NCBI GenBank assembly: GCA_951406725.2
Contig: OX597834.1
Span: 25,978,001-26,042,000, forward strand
Source: Octopus vulgaris
Lineage: Eukaryota
Length of the DNA: 64,000 bases
Direction: 5' to 3'
Shown here piece by piece: positions 25,723-38,326 of this stretch (position 1 is its first letter; every line of letters begins with the position of its first letter). Both the position numbers and the translations under genes were made by a program. The notes beneath the pieces are model-generated. The model was not told where the DNA came from. It searched no databases and was given only the letters and a program-made list of their open reading frames with translations.

Positions 25723-26014
25723 ATATTGTTATATTTAGGGATGGTCTTATTTTTTGTCAGTTAACCACACACACTATATACTTGTTCATCACTTCAGCTT
25801 TATTATTATTATTCTTATTTTAATGTCCTTTGTCTGAAATCTTTCATCACACATCCTGTGACCTCTTCAGTGACTCTCCATCCCACGTGTCTCCTCCTGT
25901 TATGTTTAGTCTAGAATACTAAAATAAGAATAATAATAATAAAGCTAAAATGTTGACTAAGTACATAGTGGTTAATTGGCAAAAAAATACGACCATCCCC
26001 AAATATAACAATAT
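25723..26014. mobile_element. Fold-back element with about 100-bp degenerate inverted arms and an internal hammerhead-like motif
   Basis: atattgttatatttagggatggtc... pairs with ...gaccatccccaaatataacaatat. Confidence 0.6.
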
Positions 26015-26481
26015 ATATATTTTAAAAAATCATCATCATCTTATGTCCATTTTCCATGTTGGCATGGGTTGGATGGTTTGACAGGGGCTGGCTAGCTGGA
26101 GGGCTGCACCAGGCCCCAATTGTCTGTTCTGGCAAGATTTCTGCAGCTGAATACCCTCCCTAATGCCAACCATTTTACAAAGTGTAGTGGATGCTTTTTG
26201 CATGATACCATTGTGGCACCAGCATGGGTGCCTTTTACACGGCACCAACACAGGATATTTACCTGTATGTACACACACTCATCTATGTTTGTTTTTAATA
26301 ATTTATATAATTTAACAGTGAACTGAAGAATTATTAAATAATTTTTCGATGAGTATGTATTTATTACACTTTTACAGAAGAGGTATGACGATGACTTTGA
26401 AATTTGAAACCTGCATGCCTTCATTGGACATTCTAAATATTCGTTTTAGACACAAAAAAAAAGCAAAAAAACCCCACTTAC

Positions 26482-26567
26482 TCTGGAGGAACTTCTCTGT
26501 GGATTTGGAAAACGGTGACTAATGCAGAAAAAGAGTAATCTGATTGGTGTTCTGATGTGTAATAGAG
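26482..26567 (-). CDS. DHX33: DHX33 exon LYYTSEHQSDYSFSALVTVFQIHREVPP
   Basis: AG/GTAAGT flanks, 86 nt, ends in phase 2, VFQIH segment. Confidence 0.94.
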
Positions 26568-26756
26568 CTGGAAAAGATGAAAAATTTACTAACGATAAAC
26601 ATCTGTTAATGATAATGAGATATTAAAAGCACCAATTTAGGACTAGAAAGAGCTGCAGGTTGACTGAAGAGATTCAAACTGTGTATCTTTTATCGTTGCC
26701 ATGATATTGATGATGCTAGAGAAATCCATACCATATCATCATTTAACATCTGCTTT

Positions 26757-27255
26757 TGAGGCAAGTGAGGATCAGAATCGAAATCGATCAATGGAAATTG
26801 CAGATGTGTTACTAGTGCCGGTGGCATGTCGAAACTCTACTTGTGAAGACCCGTTGAGGCAAGTGAGGATCAGAATTGAAATCGATCAATGGAAATTGCA
26901 GATGTGTTACCAGTGCCGGTGGCATGTAAGAGAACCTTCCGTTTCGCGACCGTTGCCAGCACCGCCCCGTTTCGTGTCCGTTGCCAGCCTCGCCTGGCCC
27001 TCGTGCCGGTGGCACATAAAAAGCACCGTCCGTTCGTGGCCGTTTGCCAGCTCTGTCTGGCACCTGTGCGGGTGGCATGTAAAAAGCACCCACTACACTC
27101 TCGGAGTGGTTGGCGTTAGGAAGGGCATCCAGCCGTAGAAACACTGCCAGATTTGACTGGGCCTGATGCAGCCTTCTGGCTTCACAGACCCCAGTAGAAC
27201 CGTCCAACCCATGCTAGCATGGAAAACGGACGTTAAACGATGATGATGATGATGA
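26757..27255 (+). mobile_element. RTE LINE 3' end with a duplicated 5' segment
   Basis: gaggcaagtgaggatcagaat...gtgccggtggcatgt occurs twice, then the consensus and (TGA)n tail. Confidence 0.8.
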
Positions 27256-27819
27256 TTTTCATGCTATAATGTCATACTAAAAGTAAACAATCACATCATC
27301 AAAATCTTGAAGCTATGAGATAATGCATGATTCATTCAAAACAATGTGAATAAATAAGCACTACATTTAGTGGGGTAATCTGAATGCTAATGAGTTAAGG
27401 CAAAAAGCTGGCAGAATCATTAGCACACCAGGTTAAATGCTTAGCGGCATTTCATCTGTCCTTATGTTCTGAGTTCAAATTCCATCAAGGTTAAATTTGC
27501 CTTTCAATCCTTCAGGGTCGATAAAATAAGTACCAGTTGTGCACTGGGATCAATCTAATCAACTAACCCCGCACCCCCACCCCACAAGCTGCTGGCCTTA
27601 AGCCAAAATTTGAAACTATTATTATTGTTGTTGTTGGCAGCAGTGGAGGCATCATCAGTGCCACTGCCATCACTGTCGGATTCCAATAAAGGAAACTTTA
27701 TGTGGTTGTTTGGCTTTCTAGAAACAGCAGCCAAAACTACTTCAATTCACAACTCACCCGAAAGGTAGATATACAATCACATTTCATTCACAACTTAATA
27801 GAAAAACACACTGGATATT

Positions 27820-28350
27820 ATATATTTGCCCTTTAAATATGGCTAACCCCTAAGGGTGGATGCTACTGTAGTTTGTAGCCCCAGGAGAGTAGCATCCACC
27901 CTTAGGGGTTAGCCATATTTAAATGGCAAATATACATCACGATGTGTTGCAGCTACCGTTTACAACTCGCTCTAAGATTTATTATTGCTTCATTACACCT
28001 TTTCGATATCAGAGTCTTTACGATACTGGAAAAGGGATAAGTATTTGCTAAGGAAACCTACTTTTCATCAACAACTGTGATTGTCACACGTCAATGACAG
28101 GTCAATACCCAGAAACTTGAGTCCGTGTGTATCATAAGTTGAAGACGAGAAGGATGGCTTCCCTTTGCAAATACTGATGGGGCACAGAAAGTGTGTCTAA
28201 AGCCAGCTGGAGGAGGTGTCCTCCTGGGGCTACAAACTACAGTAGCATCCACCCTTAGGGGTTAGCCATATTTAAATGGCAAATATACGTCACGATGTAT
28301 TGCAGCTACTGTTTATAACTCGCTCTAAGATTTATTATTGATTTATTATA
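27820..28350. mobile_element. Non-autonomous Penelope-like element (inverted plus direct pseudo-LTRs)
   Basis: Inverted copy 27821-27887, direct repeats 27888-27987 and 28221-28340, 12-bp flanking duplication ACACTGGATATT at 27808-27819 and 28351-28362. Confidence 0.65.
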
Positions 28351-28541
28351 ACACTGGATATTGTAGTCCAAGATACACTATTACATTTCATAACCAAATA
28401 ATAATTAGATTTTCTGGGTTGCCCTGCAAGTGATACAGACACAGTTGGCATTTTATCAGTCAGGTAGTTTTCATTTTCACAGCAGTGCACCAGTATGGCA
28501 ACAGGTTTGCAGAATACAAGATGATGAACAACAAGACCAAC

Positions 28542-28640
28542 CTTTACTGGGAACTGTCTTCCTTCAAGGTAAAGAACAGGACAAGAACTGAAATATGAGG
28601 AGAAATGGTCGACATCCATTGTGGCAGACATGATAATGAT
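28542..28640 (-). CDS. DHX33: DHX33 exon IIIMSATMDVDHFSSYFSSCPVLYLEGRQFPVK (motif III SAT)
   Basis: AG/GT flanks, 99 nt. MSATMDVD and PVLYLEGRQ resemble vertebrate DHX33 as I recall it. Confidence 0.96.
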
Positions 28641-29019
28641 CTGGAATAGAGGAAAATAGAAATGGATTATTACGAGTGGGTGAGGGCATTAGAAAATAGG
28701 GATGAGTATAAATGATGTGTATGTGTATATATATATATATATATCAGTAGATGTGTGAATACATGTATCAGAATGTGAGTGTATGGATATACGTTTGAAT
28801 GTGTGTGGATGTATATAGCATGAATAGATGTATGAGCATGTGTGTGTGTGTGAATATATATATATCAATATGTGTTTGCGTTTTGTGGACGCATATATCA
28901 GCAGATGTGTGTGTGTGTGTGTGCGTGCGCCCTTCCTAACACCAACCACTCCAGTGTACTGGGTGCTTTTAATATGGCACCCGCATATATATATACACAC
29001 ACACACATGTGTGTGTGTA

Positions 29020-29063
<44 letters not shown>

Positions 29064-29066
<3 letters not shown>

Positions 29067-29477
29067 TTTTATGTTTCAGTCATTTGACTGCGGCAATGCT
29101 GGAGCACTGCCTTTAGTTGAACAAATCAACCCCAGGACTTATTCTTTGTAAGCCTAGTACTTATTCTATTGGTCTCTTTTGCTGACCTGCTAAGTTACAG
29201 GGACATAAACATACCAGCATCAGTTAAGAGATGTTGCAGGAGACAGACAGACAGACAAACAGAAAGACAGACAGACAGACACACACATACATACATGTAT
29301 GTATATATACACACACACACGATGGGCATTTTTCAGTCCATCTACCAAATCCATTCACAAGGATTTGGACAGCTTAAGGTTTTAGTAGAAGACACTTGGC
29401 CAAGGTGCCATGCAATGGGATTGAACCCTGCACTATGTGGTTGGAAGGCAAGCTTCTTACCACACAGCCATGCCTGC
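29064..29477 (-). mobile_element. SINE family A, diverged
   Basis: Reverse consensus. Confidence 0.8.
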
Positions 29478-29694
29478 AACTTATAAGTAGACAATCCAGC
29501 CACCAGATGCCAAAACCCAAGATTGAGCTACGGACCTATATATATATATATATATATAAATATAAGTGGGGTGACCACTACGTGGACATCCATATTCTAG
29601 AAGTGGATTCGCTATGGTCTTGATGTTTTAAATTGATATTAATCAAATTAATATTCAATTTTTCACCCTTATTATTTAAAATTTTTATATATAT

Positions 29695-30033
29695 ATCATC
29701 ATCGTTTAACGTCCATTCTCCATGCTAGCATGGGTTGGACAGTTCGACCGGGGATCTGGGAAGCCAGAAGGCTGCACCAGGCTCCAGTCTTATCTGGCAA
29801 TGTTTCTACAGCTGGATGCCCTTCCTAATGCCAACCACTCCCTGAGTGTAGTGGGTGCTTTTTACGTGCCACCTGCACAGGTGCCAGGCGAGGCTGGCAG
29901 CGGCCATGGTCGTATTGGTGTATTTTACGTGCCACCGGCACGGAGGCCAGTTGAGGCGGCGCTGGCATCGGCCACGAGTCGGATAGTGCTTTTTACGTAC
30001 CACCAGACCAGGGGTCCTGGCTGGTTCAATTCG
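29695..30033 (-). mobile_element. RTE LINE 3'UTR fragment, same subfamily as 7371-7850
   Basis: Shares diagnostic sequence ggatctgggaagccagaagg. Confidence 0.8.
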
Positions 30034-30084
30034 ATTTATATATATATATATATAAAGTAGATGAAATTTTGAAGATCCATTTAC

Positions 30085-30208
30085 CTTTAAGCTTACATCC
30101 TTCCTGTTTAAGGCGTTCCGTTTCTTTTGGGCTGCTTTCACAACCCCGAATAAAATATCTGTGTGAATAGTTCTTTCATGGGCTTCGTCTAAGATGACAA
30201 TTGAATAT
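30085..30208 (-). CDS. DHX33: DHX33 exon [41 protein letters not shown] (DEAH motif II)
   Basis: AG/GT flanks, 124 nt, phase compatible with neighbours, DEAHER motif. Confidence 0.97.
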
Positions 30209-30503
30209 CTGCAACAGAAAGCAAAGGGACTACATGACAGTCTTTAAAACATATCTTTTGCCTTCTTCTTATTTCAGTCATTGAATTGTGGCCATGCTAG
30301 GGCACATATGTTGAAGGGTTTTATTCAAACAAAAGGACCCCAGTGCTTTTTAAGTTTGGCATTTATTCAATTGATCCCTTTGGCAGAGCTGCCAGTGTTA
30401 TAGTGATGTAAATAAACCAACACCAGTTGTCAAGCAATAGTAGGGGGACAAATGCAAAGACACACACATATATACCTACATACACATACTGTGTGGAAGC
30501 TTG

Positions 30504-30544
<41 letters not shown>

Positions 30545-30864
30545 TATATGATAAGCTTCCACACAGTTTCTGTCTACCAAATTCACTCATAAGACATTAG
30601 TTAGCTTGGGGCTATAATAGAAGACACTTGGCCAAGGTGCCATACAGTGGGACTGAACCTGAAACCATGAGGTTGTAAAGCAAAAGAATTTCTTTCTTAA
30701 TTTTTTGATGAAAAACAAAAAAAAAAAACAAGATTCAAATAACAAAGTCAGATATAATTTTAAACCTTTTAAATAGAAAATTTGTTTCACTACTTATTTT
30801 TTAAAAAATTGGTTATTTTGCCAAGTTATATTTGAAAAGAAAAATTCAGAAGTAATTGTCCTTA

Positions 30865-30975
<111 letters not shown>

Positions 30976-31084
30976 CTAGAGTGAAAAGAGATGGCCACTG
31001 ATAGAAGACCCATTGCATATTCAACAAATTATTGAAGGTTTCTCTCTCAAATTATTCCATGTTCTCTAATTTTATTCTTCAAGT

Positions 31085-31497
31085 TGACCTCACTAGTGCC
31101 AGTGCTATGAGAAAAGCACCCAGTACACATTTTGTAAAGTGGTTGGCATTAAGAAGGGCATCCAACCATAGAAAGCACTGAAGCATGACTTGACCCATCA
31201 AATCCTGCCAAACCATCCAAAATATGCCAGCAGGGAACATCATCATCATCATTATCATTATCATCGTTTAACGTCCGCTTTCCATGCTAGCATGGGTTGG
31301 ACGGTTCAACTGGGGTCTGGGGAGGCCGAAGGCTGCACCAGGCCAGTCAGATCTGGCAGTGTTTCTACAGCTGGATGCCCTTCCTAACGCCAACCACTCC
31401 GAGAGTGTAGTGGGTGATTTTATGTGCCACCGACACAGGTGCCAGACGAGGTGGCGAACGGCCACGCTCGGATGGTGTTTTTTATGTGCCACCGACA
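31085..31497. mobile_element. Two RTE 3'UTR copies tail-to-tail
   Basis: Sense copy meets the (CAT)n of the antisense copy at about 31238. Confidence 0.75.
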
Positions 31498-31766
31498 TTA
31501 AAATTATGATGATGGTGATGATGATGTATCGTACAGCCTAGCTTTTGCAAATGAGAGAATGACACTTAACAGAGGAGATCAGTCATCAAAGATGAGTCAA
31601 CCTTGTACAACCCTTCATTTTGCACATCAAGGACATTGTTCAGTGCATCGTTAAGACAAACATAGTAATTGCTTGAAATAACAAGAATTACTTTGTTGTG
31701 TCTGGGGAGATTCATTTTCCTTTTGTGCCTTATAATTTAACACACTCACTGGTAAAATTTCCACTT

Positions 31767-31961
31767 TCTCTCTTTTACTTGTTTCAGTCATTTGAATGCG
31801 GTCATGCTGGAGCACCGCCTTTAGTCAAGCAAATCGACCCCAGGACTTATTCTTTGTTAGCCTAGTACTTATTCTATCGGTCTCTTTTGCCGGACCGCTA
31901 ATGACGGGGACATAAACACACCAGCATCGGTTGTCAAGCAATGCTAAGAGGACAAACACAT

Positions 31962-32023
<62 letters not shown>

Positions 32024-32176
32024 GACAGGCTTCTTTCAGTTTCCGTCTACCAAATCCACTCACAAGGCATTGTTCGGCCCGGGGCTATAGCAGAAGACAC
32101 TTGCCCAAGATGCCACGCAGTGGGACTGAACCTGGAACCATGTGGTTGGTTAGCAAGCTACTTACCACACAGCCAC
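31767..32176 (-). mobile_element. SINE A inserted in an unclassified repeat that is intact at about 10735-10900
   Basis: The flanks rejoin as gttgtgtctggggaga...ggtaaaatttcc|...ttttcctaaaattttcgttgca. Confidence 0.82.
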
Positions 32177-32805
32177 TTATCTCTTATTTTCCTAAAATTT
32201 TCGTTGCAACCTTTTCAATAGTCTTAGTGTGGAATTAATTCCTCATCATTGTTTTAACATTGCTTTTTCCATACTTGTATGGGTCAGACATAAATTCAAT
32301 GAGTCAGATTTTCCACTGCTTAATGCCCTTCCTGTTGCCAAACCCCTATTTCCAAGGTAATATAGCTCCATAACCACTTGTGTTCTATAGAAGAATGATG
32401 TTCACTCACAACTTTCATGTGACATCAAGCCAAGGAGTTACACACACATACACAACAGGATTCTTTCAGTTTCCATCTACCAAATACACTTACAAGACTT
32501 TGGTAAGTTTGGGGTTACAGTAGAAGACACTTGTTCAAGGTGCCACGCAGTGGGACTGAACCTGGAACCATGTGATTGGGAAGTGTACTTCTTACTTGCA
32601 CAACAGGCTTCTTTCAGTTTCCATCTATCAAATCCTCTCAGAAGAATTTGGTAGGCTTGGCATTAGAGTAGAAGACACTTGTCCAAGGTGCCATGCAGTG
32701 GGACTGAACCCGGAACTATGTGATTGAGAAGTAAACAGCTTAACTAAAACAGGTATGCCAGCACCTAGAGAATTTTTTGACCTATCTGAAGAAAGCAATA
32801 CAAAC

Positions 32806-32877
32806 CAATTCGCCAACATTGCACTGTCGTTCTGCTGCAACTCGCTGGGAAATCGACATTGCTGCCACTCTGCGAGG
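32806..32877 (-). CDS. DHX33: DHX33 exon PRRVAAMSISQRVAAERQCNVGEL (motif Ia)
   Basis: AG/GT flanks, 72 nt, completes TQPRRVAA. Confidence 0.95.
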
Positions 32878-33023
32878 CTGAAAGGATATGAACATACAAT
32901 ATATTTAATAAACAAATGAGAGCAATATTCAAATTACATGGAAAATGAAAGAATTGAGATATATTTGTGGATAACAGCTTCTAAAACAGGCACAAAACTT
33001 TAGATTTGAGGTAGGGATATATA

Positions 33024-33491
33024 TTTCTTTACTACCCACAAGGGGCTAAACATAGAGGGGACAAACAAGGACAGTCAAAGGGATTAAGTCGATTACATCG
33101 ACCCAGTGCGAAACTGGTACTTTATTTATCGGCGAGCTAGCAGAAGCGTTAGCACACCGGGCGAAATGCTTTGCGGTACTTCGTCTGCCGTTATGTTGTG
33201 AGTTCAAATTCCGCCGAGGTCAACTTTGCCTTTCATCCTTTCGGTGTCGATAAATTAAGTACCAGTTGCGCACTGGGGTCGATGTAATCGACATAATACC
33301 TATGTCTGTCCTTGTTTGTCCCCCTCTATGTTTAGCCCCTTGTGGGTAATAAAGAAATAGGTACTTAATTTATCGACCCCGAGAGGATGAAAGGCAAAGT
33401 CTACCTCGGCGGAATTTGAACTCAGAACGTAACGGCAGATGAAATACGGCTACGCAATTCGCCAGGCGTGCTAACGTTTCTGCCAGCTCGC
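33024..33491. mobile_element. SINE B (+) nested inside SINE B (-)
   Basis: Inner copy 33131-33360 flanked by duplicated ggtactt..tttatcg. Confidence 0.85.
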
Positions 33492-33690
33492 AGTCATCAA
33501 CATCATTGTTATAACATACATTTTCATATTTGTATGGGTTAAATAAAATTCACTGAGGCATATTTTCTACAGCCAGATGCTCTTCATCTCACCAATCTTT
33601 ATCTGTTTCCAAGTGAAGAAACATTTCTCCAAGTCTTTTGAGCTTGAACAACATAATGACTGGACATGTTATCACAGAAGATTCCAAACA

Positions 33691-34118
33691 GGCGCAGGAG
33701 TGGCTGTGTGGTAAGTAGCTTGCTAACCAACAACATGGTTCTGGGTTCAGTCCCACTGCGTGGCACCTTGGGCAAGTGTCTTCTGCTATAGCCTCGGGCC
33801 GACCAATGCCTTGTGAGTGGATTTGGTAGATGGAAACTGAAAGAGGCCTGTCGTATATATATATATATATATGTATGTGTGTATATATGTGTGTGTGTAT
33901 GTGTTTGTGTGTCTGTGTTTGTCCCCCTAGCATTGCTTGACAACCGATGCTGGTGTGTTTATGTCCCCGTCACTTAGCGGTTCGGCAAAAGAGACCGATA
34001 GAATAAGTACTGGGCTTACAAAGAATAAGTCCCGGGGTCGATTTGCTCGACTAAAGGCGGTGCTCCAGCATGGCCGCAGTCAAATGACTGAAACAAGTAA
34101 AAGAGTCAAAAGAGAGTA
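33691..34118 (+). mobile_element. SINE family A
   Basis: Full consensus. Confidence 0.9.
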
Positions 34119-34274
34119 TGTGTAACTGAAGAGTATAGGGTTATTATATTCCCCGCAGCTGCTTGCTGGCAACACTTTTCCATGTACAGAACAAGGTACA
34201 TAACTCTGTTAGTGAAATAGTTACCGGAGGAAAACTTAATCATTTTTATATCAGGAATTTTGTAAACAAGACCA

Positions 34275-34670
34275 CTCTCTCTTTTACTCTTTTACTTGTT
34301 TCAGTCATTTGACTGTGGCCATGCTGGAGCACCGCCTTTAATCGAGCAACTCGACCCCGGGACTTATTCTTTGTAAGCCCAGTACTTATTCTATCCTGTC
34401 TCTTTTGCCGAACCGCTAAGTGACGGGGACATAAACACACCAGCATCGGTTGTTAAGCAATGCTAGGGGGACAAACACAAACATACATGCACACACATAT
34501 ATACATATATACGACAGGCTGCTTTCAGTTTCCATCTACCAAATCCACTCACAAGGCTTTGGTTGGCCCGAGGCTATAGTAGAAGACACTTGCCCAAGGT
34601 GCCACGCAGTGGGACTGAACCCGGAACCATGTGGTTGGTAAACAAGCTACTTACCACACAGCCACTCCTG
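34275..34670 (-). mobile_element. SINE family A
   Basis: Full reverse consensus. Confidence 0.9.
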
Positions 34671-36266
34671 TTAATACGGTTCCATCAAAATAGCTACTGG
34701 CTCCTGTGGCACCATAAGGCATCAGCACACTGGTGGTTGCCCATGTGCCTCATGGGTTCAGAAGCCCTATTCTGATCTATGTATGTTGTGGCTTGCTGTC
34801 ATTGAATACTATAGGGACCAGTATTTTAATTTGTCCAGGGACCTCACAAGTCTAGGGGTCCAGTTCTGATCTATGTATGCTGTGGCTCACTGTCAATAAA
34901 TAAATACTATAGGGCCCCGTGCATTGATTTGTCTAAGGGTCAGTAAGGTAGCTAAGAAGGTCCAGACCGGTTCCCTATAGGTTTGATGACAAGAACGATA
35001 TTAGCATGTCGTCTCTGCAATATTTTAAGGGACATTTTGCAGATGTTCTAGGATGCAGTGTCAATGATGTTTCTGTGGTCTAATGAGGTTTCAGGCCTTT
35101 CAGCACCAGACCTCTTCCTCCAATCAACCTAGCAAAGTGGTTCCCAAACCTTTTCAGTCTGCCACCTGCTTGGCACCCAAGCCACGTTCCTAATGCTACC
35201 CACCCCACTTACCACCACAAGCATAACTGTTCTGCCCTCTTTATCAAAAGCCACCTACTGGCATTCTCTGCAGCTACAGTAATAGAATCTATAGCCTCCC
35301 TCTTTGCTGTGCCAGTACCTGCAAGCCCAATTAGAGCTTTCAAGAACGATCATCCCACAAAACCTCAAAAGTCCACTTCTGTTGCCTCCCTATGTACTTA
35401 TTACAATAATTTTTTTTTTTAATTTTTTTTTTTTAACCTATGTTTTTTGAGCATTTTTTACAACCCAGGTCCTGACCAAGTCCAATTTAGAATTAAATAT
35501 TGGTCTAACCTCCAATATTCAAAGGACTTGTTGAATAATCTTGTGGGTGTCCATCTCCTGCAAAGAATACAGGTCCTAGGAGCTCTCAGGACACTCATCC
35601 TAAGTTGGACAATGTTGGGTGCCCACATGTTACTCACTCTACAAACTCAGTCAGGACTGGCTTAGTTGCCAATCATTCAACTCTGATTTTTATATTGAGT
35701 TTTATATCAAAAAGCTAAAACCTTTATCCTCATGAGTATATAATTTTCAACACAACCTGAATAAAACAAGGGTTACTGTTCAGCATTCAAGAAAAACACT
35801 AGCGCCAACTTTGTAAATGCGAGGAAATATCAGTGTGTTTGAGAGACCCTGACATGATATGTAGCTGTTGGATTTTAATTAAAACTACATTAAAAGGAAG
35901 TCCACATCCAAAACTTTGAAATGATATATAATTTTTCATGGAAAAAATTTATTTTAACATAAATGATATACCAAAAAATGTGACTTTTCCTGTTCAACCT
36001 CTATAATGATACCTATATTTTCTTCTGAAGATGAGCCCCTGCACCTGAAATAGAGGTTTTATAAAACTTTCTGCATTGTCAGAAGCTTTCTATTTTCTCT
36101 TTTTACCTCCATATATATATATATAAATTATAATTAAGAGTAACTAAGAGATACCAACATGCTAGAGATAGCAGTCAAAACTCGACTCAAAAAACCACTT
36201 CATACATTTATACGGCACAAGCTGAAAAGACAAATAGACAAATAAACTAGTAAAAAATTTAGGATA

Positions 36267-36324
36267 ATCTCAGAACCGGATTTCTGGGTCTGTATAAAAA
36301 TATACTCTACCTCATCAGTGAGAT
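36267..36324 (-). ncRNA. Type I hammerhead ribozyme-like motif, probably Penelope-derived
   Basis: Minus strand ATCTCA-CTGATGA-GGTagaGTATA tttt TATACagACC-ca-GAAA-TCCGGT-TC-TGAGAT: intact CUGAUGA and GAAA cores, 6-bp stem I, UC cleavage site. Confidence 0.5.
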
Positions 36325-36889
36325 ATACAGATAGTACACAATTACAAATATATATATGCCCTTCCCAACACCAACCACCTTACACACACACAGGATAGGT
36401 TTCTTTCAATTTTATCGGCCAAATCCACTCACAAGGCTTTGGTCAGCCAGAGGTTATAGTAAAAGACACTTGTCCAAGGTGCCAAGCAGTAAGACAGAAT
36501 CCAAGACCATACAGTTAGAATATCAATTTTTAACATCTACTCTTCCTTGCATGAACCAGACAAACCAGGCAAGTGTTGGGCAAAGTTTTTTAAAGTCAGA
36601 TGCCCTTCATATAGCTAACCCCCAAAATTTTCAAGCGAGGTAATTATCTCCCAATTTATGGAACAACAAACAACCTGGATACATTTACACAGAGAAATGG
36701 AAACAAACAACACCTTATGAATGAGCATTTTGATTACAAAAGAAAATGCAATAAGCCAAGAAACCCGGATACACTTTTACAGTTGACTGCAAGTAAACAA
36801 CACCGTCAGCAAAGCCATTATTTGCAACCAGCAATCAAACACATGAAAATTTTACTAAAAACAAGGAATATATATTTTCAAACTCTTAC

Positions 36890-36940
36890 CTGTGTAATAG
36901 CAATAACTCCATTTTGATGAAGACCAGCTTCATATAAATA
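36890..36940 (-). CDS. DHX33: DHX33 exon YLYEAGLHQNGVIAITQ
   Basis: AG/GT flanks, 51 nt, phase 0-0, continues PQ|YL and leads into motif Ia. Confidence 0.93.
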
Positions 36941-37136
36941 CTGTTGGGGAAAAAATAACAAAGTTTTAAAAGAAATAAGAACAATACTGTCAGCATGACA
37001 ATAATACATTAGAGATCACAAATATAGTTTAGCTAAAAAAAAAAGATATGGCTTGCAAACAGAGGAACATTTTCTATAAGTACCAGATTCACTGTGTGTG
37101 TGTGTGTGTGTGTTTCTAATTACTCTGTAAGAAGGA

Positions 37137-37568
37137 GTGGCGAGCTGGCAGAATCGTTAGCATGCCGGGCGAAATGCGTAGCCGTATTTCGTCTACCGTT
37201 ACGTTCTGAGTTCAAATTCCGCCGAGGTCGATTTTGCCTTTCATCCTTTTGGGGTCGATAAATTAAGTACCTATTTCTTTATTACCCACAAGGGCCTAAA
37301 CACAGAGGGGACAAACAAGGACAGACATAGGTATTAAGTCGATTACATCGACCCCAGTGCGTAACTGGTACTTAATTTATCGATCCCGAAAGGATGAAAG
37401 GCAAAGTCAACCTCGGCGGAATTTGAACTCACAATGTAACGGCAGACGAAATACGGTTACGCATTAAGTACCAGTTACGCATTGGGGTCGATGTAATCGA
37501 TTTAATCCCTTTGTCTGTCCTTGTTTGTCCCCTCTGTGTTTAGCCCCTTGTGAGCAATAAAGAAATAA
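37137..37568. mobile_element. SINE B (-) nested inside SINE B (+)
   Basis: Inner copy about 37271-37462 flanked by duplicated attaagtacc, outer flanking duplication aaggagtgg. Confidence 0.85.
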
Positions 37569-38105
37569 GGAGTGGTCACGTGGCCTTCACAGGCCCTCCA
37601 AGACCAATGTGGTTGAAGTTGCTAATGCTCCATTTAAACTGTTGCAAGATGACATGTGAAGAAAAGACATGAATAATGAGAAGATATCAGAGGGATGATG
37701 TTCTAGGGATGAAAGAATGGTTATTGTGGCTAGGTGCAGGGATGGATGTGGGAGGATGGGTAGCATGGATACAATAAAGATGGTGAGAGAAGGAATGAGT
37801 GAGTCAAAAACACCAAAGCGGAGCAGATACAAACCCAGTTGGCACCAAGGAACAGAAGCCGTTATAGCAATGGTAAAAAAGGTAGGCAGTGGAAACATCA
37901 CATCTGAAGCCAGAAGCTAGAATACGCCCTTGGGTGATTTTATGCCATTTAGAAGAATGGCTCTTCACAAGATGCACTCCAAGATGTGCGTGTAGCAACA
38001 GCTCTGTTTCAGATGTAGAAGCAATGCTCTATTGAGGACCACCTAGAAAGCCTGCCTTCAACAGTGGAATTGATCTCTCTCTTCCACAGGTTCCATCCAC
38101 TTTAA

Positions 38106-38326
38106 CCCTTTAGCATTTAAACCGGCCATATCCGGCCAAAGGTATTCTGCCTGTTTTATGTTCAAACTGGCCAGATCTGGCCTCTCACACCAACCCTACA
38201 ACATCATCTTAAAAGTTAACAGCTACCTCATCAAAATCTCATAGCTACAAGATAATGCATGATTAGTTCAAAACAATGTGGATGAAAAAGCATTAATTTC
38301 AGCAGAATAATGTGAACACTAAAGGG
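38106..38326. mobile_element. piggyBac-like MITE family 2 inserted in a decayed LINE
   Basis: TTAA flanks, highly similar to 17886-18106. Confidence 0.88.
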
